Shown: piece after piece, positions 33,353 to 42,692 of the stretch
Numbering within the stretch: the first letter of the stretch is position 1
Layout: every line of letters starts with the position of its first letter
From: Chlorokybus atmophyticus
Taxonomy: Eukaryota; Plantae; Mesostigma and Chlorokybus algae
Direction of reading: 5' to 3'
Length of the DNA stretch: 42,692 nucleotides
Assembly (NCBI GenBank): GCA_009103225.1
Contig: RHPI01000330.1
Location: 81,347-124,038, forward strand
The notes under the pieces: generated by a model
What the model was told of the DNA's origin: nothing
The model's database searches: none
The model's input: only the letters and a program-made list of their open reading frames with translations
Translations under genes and position numbers: made by a program

Positions 33353-34420
33353 TCAAAGCCCCCCCCCCTCTTCTTCCACAAAGACTGTACGCGATGCAAT
33401 TATTCTCACCAATGCTTGTCTTGTAAGCCCGAGGGCGAATGACAGCTGTTCTGCAGAAATCTCCACAGCGTTTGCCACTTCCTCGCTCAATTTCGATGCG
33501 TCATTGACGGCCTTGCGGTGCTCCTCGTGGGCCTTCTTGAAACCTTCAATTGTATCACGCGCTGCTGCTAAAGCCTCCTCTCCAGCTTGTGGCCGCACAG
33601 CTGGTGGAGTTTGCCGTGCAGGAGTGTCCGGCTAAAGGGGACGTTTCTTCTCAGCTGGGGGTGTAGACATGGGGGCACTTGTTCTCTCTCTCTTTCTCTT
33701 GGCAGATGGACGAGGACTGTCATGGAGACTGTCGTGAGGTGGACTGTGGTGAGGTGGACTGTCGGCTGGTGGACTGTCCGCGCGACTGTCATAAGGTGGA
33801 CTGTCCTTGGGACTGTGGGGAGGTGGAGTGTCAGGTGGAGGATTTTCACGCTCAGCTTGTCTCTCCAGCCAGGTCTTCAGTGGTGGAGGTGCGGGGTGCA
33901 AGGGCACTCTCAACTGATGGAGATGATCGTCGTGTGAATGGGGAGTATTAGGGTTGTTGATCGCCACCAACAAAGATGCTGCAGCTTGTGCCTCCGCCCG
34001 TGTGTTAGCTTCGCTCTGCTCTTTTACAAGTGTACGCACAATGTCCCGCTTGAGTTCGTCAAGCCATTCCTTTCTGGACTCCTTGAAGCCCTTCTGGAGC
34101 ATACCCCGGATCTTTCTCTCCCAATCCTTTTCCCAGTCCTCTCCCTTCAGTGCCAATGCTGTCGCCTGCCTGATGAGAGCCCCCTCTCTGGTAGCAATAG
34201 CTGCTGTCTGAGTTTTGTGCATCTCGGCAGTCTTTCCCTGGAGACCAGCGACCTTTTCCTGCAAAAACAGGTAACAGTTTAAGCAAATGTGTGAAGTGAA
34301 AGGTGCACCACATGCTGACGTACCCTGATCACGTTCTCTTGTTCTATTCGTAGGTCTAACTCCCTAATGACTTGTGTTAAGGCGTCGACTTGTCTGTTTG
34401 CGGCCTCTTTCATTTCGTAG
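33353..34420 (-). pseudogene. Unknown gene R (unit B) with a DSPP-repeat tract
   Basis: ORFs 33632-34264 and 33353-33598. The DSPP repeats are encoded by GACAGTC motifs. Weak homology to 4965-5900. Confidence 0.45.
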
Positions 34421-34619
34421 GCAGCATCATAAACCGCTTTACAGAAATGAACAGATATTTGACGCTGAATATGGGCTTTAGAATCTATCTGTTGACACAT
34501 GCACGGGATCTTGGTTGTTAGCATACATGTCACAGTGCATGCAAGTGCACTGCGACAGGAATGCAAACAGCAGACTGTCGATAAGACTGTCGGATAGACT
34601 GTCATTCTTGGAAGACTGT

Positions 34620-36740
34620 CAGTACAACTCACCATTCTTGTCTTTGCGTCCGCACTGGCATGCTGAAGACACGCTGGACTAAACGCATGGAATATGCGAA
34701 GTCACTCTCGCCCAGCTGCCTTGGTGGCTTGCTGGTAAGCAACCACATAGCGTCCTCCGTGGTCAACTTCCAACTTCTCGCAAGCCTCTACGCCGCATCC
34801 TCCGTTTGCCACAGTTGGGTCTGCCAGCAAAGAAGGCAAGTTAGTTTCCAGTGTCACAGTTGTGGAGTCATTGACAGTCTCGCATTGACAGTCGCATTAA
34901 CAAGGCATGCAAACTGGGCATGCAGCAATGCAATCACACTTACTTGGTCTGTCTGCCCATCTGGTGGCGCAGGGAAAGGGGTGTAGTCTAAGAGTAGCTC
35001 CTCCCCTGCCTTGATGTCCCTAGTCGCATACACAGTGACAGCTGGGTGGCCGACGTCATCGAAGTCCGAGTAGAACATGACGTTGGGCTGAGTGTGCCCA
35101 TGTGCGAATTGATATAAGCCGCTACACAGCCAGTGCGGGGGTGCCCGTCGATGACAACCTGAGATTGGCTTGGTGTATCTGGTGGAAACAGGTTGACGTG
35201 ATATCGCCGGTGGTGTCGGATGTCGCTGATTTGTTGGTAACGATGCAAGACCTCCTCCATCTCATGTTGCTTAAACCATTTGCCATCATATGGCAACAGG
35301 TAAGCCTCTGCACAGATGCGCACAAGTCATGAGTGATCCGCGAGTACACAGAGAGACATGCACACAAAGATACACACGCACACACGTGCACGTACCGTTT
35401 GGAATGTCTTCGCAGGCAAACAGTCCCAGTCCAGCACCAGTGATGGTTGAGTCTTTGATCAACCAGTTGTGCGTAAGATACTTGAACTGCTCGTTGACTG
35501 GGATGCGTGTGGATGCTCTTGCATCCTCCACAATATCCAGTCTCCACAGCTGGTGCTTGTCTCCAGCGCTACGATGGATGAGCTTGAGGTTTGGTATCTC
35601 CCGGTCAGTCTGTTTAATGCAGTGATAAGTAACCATCAGACTCTAGCGCAAAGACAAACACAGACCATTACATTGGCATAGGCTGTCATGATATGTTCTC
35701 ACCCTCAAGTAGTCAGCAGAAAGTTTGGGTGGCGCTTTAGAATCTGTTGAAGGGTAGCGTTTCACTTGGAATTTGTTCATCTCTTCAAGAGCACTGGCGA
35801 ATTCCGCTGCATAATCCACCGCTGCGGCTTAGCGACGCCTTGAGGGTTTCCGCTTCGGTGGACTAGGTATCGCACCCTCCTCGTCCTTGTCCTCGTCCTC
35901 GTCCTCATCCTGTGGTTCTCCTGCTACTCCTGCTCCTCTTGATCTTCCTGCTCCTCGAGATCGTGTTGCTCTGCGTGTCCAGGTATGCATAGCCGCCAGC
36001 TGTTGCATTTCTTCGTACAGTTCTTTGGTCTGAAACGTGGCAGGGTTAGTACGCATGTTGCAGTATGGGTTCATTGCTGCTGTGCGAATTCAGCAACTCG
36101 CATACCCTGGAATAGCCTTGATGTCTGCCATCTTGCAGTGCTTCAAGTTTGGGACTATGGGATTGGGGTAAGGGGGCAGTTGCTCATCCTGCAGCACGCC
36201 GCTGCTGGTGAGTTGCATTGTGCGTTCATACATGTCACGAAACTTCAAGTAGTCCAAGAACACGACGGTTGCACTCATATTACAACCGATATGCGCAGTA
36301 TTCAAGCAACGGCTGTCGAGTATCTGCACCATGCGCCAATGCGCTGTACGCACGCGCAAGGCACAGATCATTGACAGTCCAGGCAGGATGTTGCAAAAAC
36401 TTGGATCAAGAATGCCTGAGGGTTCCTACCCTGATGGATTGCTGGATTTCCTCTGCCAACTTTTCGAGTGTAGCCTTGTCCTCCCTCCCTCCCTTATTGC
36501 TGAGCACGCGCATCATTCGGCACAGAGCACCGTTCCAGTGCTGTGCGTTTTTCGTGGGCTTGGTCTCTCCCATACCAGGTTGGCCGTTTGCATAACGGTG
36601 ACCAGCATGCACGTTGTTCATACAGTAAAGGCAGCCCCATATAAACTGCGGCGCTGTGGACGACCTCCTTCGAGCCATGGTGTACTGCCTGGGACTGTCC
36701 ACTGTGCCAAGAGACTGTCGACGCCTACCCAACAGCACCC
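34620..36740 (-). pseudogene. SET-domain gene, unit B; SET core about 34980-35465, intron 35308-35395, frameshift near 35090
   Basis: LIKDSTITGAGLGLFACEDIPN, then EAYLLPYDG...VVIDGHPRTGCVAAYINSH, then in another frame PNVMFY..VTVYATRDIKAGEELLLDY. The GT-AG intron restores the frame. Confidence 0.82.
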
Positions 36741-37014
36741 TGAAACAAACCTTTCACCCCCAATCTTCGCTCAACAACAACAACAACCATGCCAAAGGTC
36801 TTGCAACGCTTGTGTACGCCGCCAACCCACAGACAGCCGCTGATCATGGTGCTGACAGCCGTCAATTCCTAGGCGAGTTCAACCCTAACTTACCGACAGC
36901 CGCGTCGCTCTCTTGGCGAGTTGCATTGTTGCGCTACTTGTGCGGCTTGTGTGGCTTGTGCGAACTCACAACGCTTGTGCGGCTTGTGCGGTTGTTTATG
37001 TAAGGCACTGGTCC

Positions 37015-37345
37015 GACAGTCCCTGTTGACAGTCGACAGCTTGGGTTGCTCACTTGCTGTGGTGCCAGGACACTTGCACTTCTGCTGTGCTGTTTGCCAG
37101 TTGATTTCAGCTGTTGAAAGGTGAGCAGGTTGCTTGCAAGCTTGAATGCTTGCTTGCTTGCATGACAGTCTCTGTTGACAGTCAACAGCTTGGGTTGCTC
37201 ACTTGCTGTGGTGCCAGGACACTTGCACTTCTGCTGTGCTTTTTGCCAGTTGATTTCAGCTTTTGAAAGGTGAGCAGGTTGCTTGCAAGCTTGAATGCTT
37301 GCTTGCTTGCATGACAGTCTCTGTTGACAGTCGACAGCTTGGGTT
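37015..37345. repeat. 149-bp tandem repeat, about 2.2 copies, each carrying two GACAGTC motifs
   Basis: Units start at 37015, 37164 and 37313 and are near-identical. Confidence 0.92.
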
Positions 37346-37413
37346 GCCCCAAGTGTGAAGTCAAACTGTTTGCTCTAAGTTCAGTTGTTTGTTCAGGCAG
37401 TCTAACTGACACC

Positions 37414-39630
37414 ATGTCCACTGGGGAGGCAAGACAAATGCCCGCTGCAGCTGATTGCTTCAGAGCAAAGGGGAACCACTTGCTGGGCCAAGTGACGGGC
37501 TCGCAGTTTCTGATGAAACCAGAGTTCAAGCATATGCGCACAACGCATATCAACAACCTGGCGAAGCTGAAAAAGAGATGCTGAGCAAGTGGCCACCACT
37601 TCAAGGCATGAAAGGCACAGACTTCAAGCAGAACGCCCAGCACCGGCATGAGCTGGACGATGTCTGCGAGACTGTATTGCAGGCGTCAGAGCAACTGGTC
37701 TTTGAGACAGACCACACCCTGAAATGGACCAAAGGCAAGCTGCTAGTAGAGTTGAGCTGTGTTGAAGCAAGCCTTCCAAGCAGCATGGCACTTACTCCTC
37801 GGTTTTATCATGTCTCCTTTTTTGTCTTGCCATTGACAGTCCTAGCCCTGCATATCATTCATGCTTTCAGTTCTCGGTTGCTCACTAACCAGTTGCGTTA
37901 TGCTATGTTCCAAGATGTGACCTCCTTGCTGATGGCTACCAAAGGACTGTCGCTGCCATGTCTCATCTGCTTGTGTTTCTGCAGCACAAATCAAGAGTCA
38001 TGTTCTCCAGCTACAGTATTCTGTTGGCGCGAAGTGCGGTAGTGATTACGGGCAAAGCATGGAAGAACGCAATGCTATTAAGAAGCAAAGGCGATCCAGC
38101 GACAGGGAAGCTACCCAAGGCAGCCGCGCTACTGAAGCTGCTGCTGGCTGGGGCATGACTTTTTCGATTGGCAGGGACTTGAGGGCCAACCAGCAGGTGG
38201 TCATGCTTGCACCTTTGACTGCTGAGCCTCTAACAGATGCTCAGTACCGGGCCACTTGGCTGAAAGAGAGGTAACTATTGTGCTGTCGGCTGTCGATCAA
38301 GTTCTACAGTCCTCACTGGTTTGCTTAGCTGTGCCTCCATGGCTGCGTATTGGATTCACATATGCTGCCTGCTAACTCAGAATTTCCTAACAGGGGTGCG
38401 GACGGGTTCGCTGAAGATCAGGTGTTTGACATTGCCAACAACGCAGTAGTTGTTGGCGTCGCCACCATCAAGTCCGTATGCGAGCCAGAACAACCAATGC
38501 GGACGTACAATGTCGGTGTTACCCACTGGATGCCAGTGAGAAGCGAGGATGGCAACCTTGGCATTCGCCTACCTGTGAAAGAGAGGCATTTTCTCTATGG
38601 CCAGCTGGCAAGCAGCTGCCATGGTGGGCGTACTCTGGAGGTACATTGCTTGCTGTGGATATGCTCCTGCTGTGACTGTATGGTGCATGAGTGCAAGAAC
38701 ATTTCTGTGTTAAACAACATGCAGGGCAGGGAGATGGAGTGGCCCATGATGTTCTTGGCCGGCGGAGGCATCTGTCCATGTGAGGCATGCGGCAACGACG
38801 ATCGCATTGTGGTGCCGGGTTGCATCAAGGACATACTGCCTACGACCGCAGCTCGGCACAGCACAGACACAGAGGTCAGTAAGGGCTGTTGTCAGCGCAT
38901 GGCATGACTCATTGGCACGCGTTTGCTCGCACACTCACAGTAGCACACATACCATCTCTTGCAACATCACGCACAGTGTCCAACTATCTGTTGCTCACTG
39001 CCTCTCACAGACACGGACACACACACACACACACACCATGCTTGTATGGCGTTATGTTATACCGCGCGCTCGTGGTCCTCACAGTCACTTGACAGTCGCA
39101 GGCTGTCCCATATGGACAGTCGCCAATGCACTCTATTGACGGATGTATGACATGTGCAGGCTGCTGGAGCCATCTCCGACTGTGAAGATCAAGCAGTTGC
39201 AATGGACTTGGATTTTGCAGCTGCAATTGTTTGCGACACCAAACCAAACGCCCCCACTAGAGAGCAGGCGATGGACGTGTACGAGTACTACCAGCACATT
39301 GAGCACGCGGTATTCACCAGTCGTCACCAGCTGCCATTCAAGGATCCTGAGCGAATGGAGTCTTATCGAGACGAGAGTATCTTGCGAGCAGTTGTCAGCT
39401 TTGCAGCAAAGAAAAAGTGGTTGGTGGCCAACGATGAGGTTGAAGGAGGGTGCGAGTGGCGATATGAATCTCGCAAACTACCAGGTATGCATATTGAACT
39501 GCAAGTCATTACACAGTCCTTTGGTAGTTGTCGAGGCGACTACACATTGCAGAGCTGTTGAGCGAGGGAAGGAAGAAAAAGCCATGGCAACCCAAGAAGC
39601 AGTGGATGCGACAGCCCTCGTCATCCTAGG
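37414..39630 (+). pseudogene. Unknown multi-exon gene Q (unit B)
   Basis: GQVTGSQF..THINNLAK, RATWLKER followed by GT, DQVFDI..ATI..RTY..WMPV, EWPMMF..GICPCEAC and LPFKDPERM..AVVSFAAKKKW all match gene Q-A. Confidence 0.65.
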
Positions 39631-40083
39631 TGGGTGGTTTATTGTGCTACAGTTGCATGTGTGTGTCAACACTGTATGTCTTGTGTAAGCACAGGTAGAC
39701 TCACAGTTGTTTTGCAGACATTTGATGCACGAGTTGGCTGCAGGGGCTGTTTACAGAGGCTGTCAAACAAGGGTGTCCCTGGCTCCAAAGGCTGTCGTTG
39801 GCTCCTGAGGCTGGGAGTCAGCACACAATGTGGAAAGATGGGAGTGGCTTCACATGGGGTCCAGCTGCCCAGGCGAAGGTGCAACACAACAAAGCTGTTG
39901 TCAGCTGCGACTGTCAACAGCAGCGTGCAGTGCATGTAGGAGACTGTAGGTATAGTACATGACGCTAGCTTAATACTGATGATCATGATCAGACTGTCCT
40001 TTGACAGTCCATTCCAGCATTTTTGTGAATTGTATGCATGGCGGATTGTATGCACTAGGCATGGTGCATGAAACAGCACGCAC

Positions 40084-40640
40084 ACCATGCATGGCTTCCA
40101 TGCATGCGACATTATGACAGACCATGATTGGTGCACCAAATAAAGGTAGACCGCACCATGTATGGTGCGGTGCCTGGCAGGACCATACGTGGTGCCGCTT
40201 GTGGACCATGTATGCGCAACACCTTGTCGGTAGCCATGGACCATTCATGGTGCGACTGTCGACCAGACTGGCACCATATGTGGTCCACTGTGCAAGGAGG
40301 GCAGCGCACCATGATTGGTCCAGGCAATCTCAGTAACAAACATGACTTGCGGTCCGTATCCATGGACCATGTATGGTGCGACTATCAGGCACCGGACATG
40401 AAGCAAGCAACAAACCATGGATGGTCCGCTGTTCCAGGGGGCATCGCACCATGCATGGTGCATAAATCTCATGCATACTGGCCACCATGCCTAGTGCGTC
40501 CCAAGGGACAATGGTACCATTCACGTGAAATTCGGACCATGCATGGTCCGACTGTCCATGAAAGCCGGACCATACATGGTCCGTCAATTTCACTTAGCAG
40601 GGGAAAATCCCGGTCCTGCGTCACGGACCACTCATGGTCC
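40084..40640. repeat. Cluster 3 of ACCA-N4-TGGT (right end of unit B)
   Basis: About 12 perfect copies (spacers tgat, tgta, tacg, ttca, tatg, tgat, tgta, tgga, tgca, tgca, taca, ctca) plus near-matches. Confidence 0.9.
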
Positions 40641-41009
40641 TTGAACGTCAATCCGTGTGACCCTCATAATCACTCAAGCAGCAGCGACGTAGGACAAGCC
40701 CAAGACACACAGCAGCAGCAAGCGCACGAGCCTATGCAGAACCCTCCAGAACAAAGGTGAGGGGATGCCTTTAAAAACCCCTCACACAGCCCCAGCAGCA
40801 TCAGCAATAAACACGGCACCAACAATCTCGCAAGCAGCACCAGCACTAGCAAACTTTTAAAAATCACTGCAATCGCCCCTCTCAACTGAAGACTTCGCCA
40901 GGATTGTTGCTCAAGCGACAGTGTCGGCCTTAGCAGCAACAGCGCCTCACACCCTTCAAAACCAGCCGCCAGCGCCAGCCTCACCTCAGCAGTAGCTTCT
41001 GGCGAACCT

Positions 41010-41710
41010 GCCTGGGCCGCTTGCGCCCTCGGTTCTTCTGTGGGGGACCAAAGGATGACGTCAGAAATTGGTTAGATCATGTTCACATGCATGCAGGTGC
41101 TTTGCAGGGGAGTGATGAATAGAAAAGCCGTTTATTGAATTTGAGTTTGCTAGGGGCCAGCTGCCTCCTGGTTTGTAAACCTCCCACCGATAGTGAAAAG
41201 TCAATGGCAGGTGTTAGAAACAAGTTAGCGTGAATTTCTTAGGCAACGAAGTAGTGTGCAGCAGCTCAATAAGCTCAGGCAAGGGAACGAAGCGGTTGTC
41301 ACCATCTTTGCTATCAGATTCAAGCACCTCCTGCTCACGACTGCGTTAAAACCGCCAGCTATGATGCAATTGCTATTCTTGTGGAATGCAATGCACAAGT
41401 ACCTGACCGACGCTGCCATGATGCAAGCCCCCAATGATCTCGACACAGCTATTGCTGTTACACAGCTATTGCTGTTTACACACGCTTGTTGCGAAGACGC
41501 TCACCCCAGCCTCAATTCCTCTTTTCGGTAGCCCAATTATTAGCTACGCAGGTGGTCCGAAGACAGTCATCAACACGGGGAGCAACTTCAGCTAATCGTA
41601 CCTCCACCTCAGCATTCAGACCTAGACTTTCTGCTACAGCTGACATGGACAAGCCCCAATAATTCGATTGTAACAATTACGGGCATATAATCAGATACAG
41701 TTCTCAGCTA
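41010..41710 (+). pseudogene. Degenerate Ty3/gypsy-type gag, with a possible protease remnant at about 42080-42300
   Basis: RPRFFCGGPKDDVRNWL, LNKLRQGNEAVVTIFAIRFKHLL (retrotransposon gag-like), knuckle remnant FDCNNYGHIIR. Downstream FTLGWDFICANNIIVN resembles the C-terminal half of a retropepsin. Confidence 0.55.
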
Positions 41711-42610
41711 CCCAGAAGGACTCAGCAGCAACAACAGCAACGCACACCACTCGGGGCATTTCAAAATGCTCAATTGGTTGCTCAAATACAAATCAAAGAG
41801 AGCGAGGGAGGAGTACCTGCAGCAGAAGAAGATGATGCACCTCTTATGCTGAACTGGACTGTTAATTAAAACTTGTAACCGTGATGGAGAAGCTGGAGCC
41901 ACGCGCTGGAGCCATGCGGAGACAAGTGTTGGAGCCACGCACTGGAGCCACGCGGAGATACATGAAGCCAGAAGAAGACTGGTGTGCACGGTTGCAGTAA
42001 AAGTTGGCGTGATACAGAATCTTCTTTAAGCACAATGCGTGAGAGCTTTGCACATCAACTTTGCTTTCTAGTGCATGTTAGTGCGTCACCCACACAGGTT
42101 ACCTTTGACGGTGGTCAAGCTTCATGCTCCTCATCCTGACTAAACACACAGTTCAGTCACTTTGCACAACACAAGAATTGAGCACAACTGGCACCTGTTA
42201 CCGGACAATTATTTGTCTTTACCCTTGGGTGGGACTTCATATGTGCCAATAATATCATCGTCAACAGAGATTGGCTACAGCTACCAAGCACAGGGCGTTT
42301 GTCATTAATGGTATCCGCACATGCAGCTACAGCATGCCCAAGTAGTGAAAACAATTGTGACCACAACTCAATAAGACTCAGATCGCGATGACCTTGGAGC
42401 ATATCTGCTACAGTATGCAACAGCATCACATCTGACGTGGCTCAGCTGTTACTTCTCGCATATTCACAGGGGACTTTCCATCAATCGTCCGATAAATGAG
42501 AAGGAAACCACCTAAGGCTTGGGACCTCCTGGGAGAGCATGTGAACAAGATGTTAGCAATGCTGGAAGGTCTCACTACCCATCTGCTAACTTAGCAGATG
42601 GCATAGTGAG

Positions 42611-42692
42611 TGTTGAGAGTATTCCTACATACGATCAGCATCGACCCTCCACACAGGAGTAGAAGGTCGTAAGGACGAGCACTAGGTCCGGA
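42611..42692 (+). mobile_element. Start of a third copia-family LTR, cut by the window end
   Basis: tgttgagagtattcctacatacgatcagc... matches the copia-2 LTR. Preceded by gtgag rather than the gtgggag purine tract, so it is a 5' or solo LTR. Confidence 0.93.

Larger units (their letters stand above)
29790..40650. mobile_element. Putative multi-gene element, unit B: P (+), coiled-coil genes (-), SET gene (-), Q (+), ACCA-N4-TGGT array; boundaries approximate
   Basis: Collinear with unit A. About 35 dispersed GACWGTC heptamers. No transposase, TIR or TSD recognised. Confidence 0.5.

Noticed and set aside
41883-41960. Short ggagccacgc repeats
   Set aside because: A small local tandem duplication with no associated feature.

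Overview
Eukaryotic, repeat-dense, largely pseudogenised DNA (about 50-55% GC, GT-AG introns). The host is probably a green or streptophyte alga, which is inferred only from element types and intron style. Four layers are visible. (1) A young Ty1/copia family: an intact element at 24122-29026 (minus strand, TSD GAGTG), a rearranged copy at 9781-15585 (TSD GAACC) nested in an older solo LTR (TSD CGGAG), and a third LTR at the right edge. (2) A decayed Ty3/gypsy-type pol relic (about 19.2-29.3 kb) with domain order protease, C5 DNA methyltransferase, RT, RNase H. The methyltransferase is not in the ORF track and is split by a 1.5-kb insertion. (3) Two collinear but deeply diverged ~11-kb multi-gene units (A: about 1.5-19.0 kb including the 6.3-kb LTR nest; B: about 29.8-40.6 kb). 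Each has an unknown gene P, two coiled-coil-rich genes, a SET-domain gene and an unknown gene Q, and each ends in an array of the palindrome ACCA-N4-TGGT. Unit B also carries about 35 dispersed GACWGTC heptamers. I could not recognise a transposase in either unit. (4) A Ty3/gypsy gag relic near the right end. Domain calls are by motif recognition only, and the mobility of units A and B is inferred, not shown.
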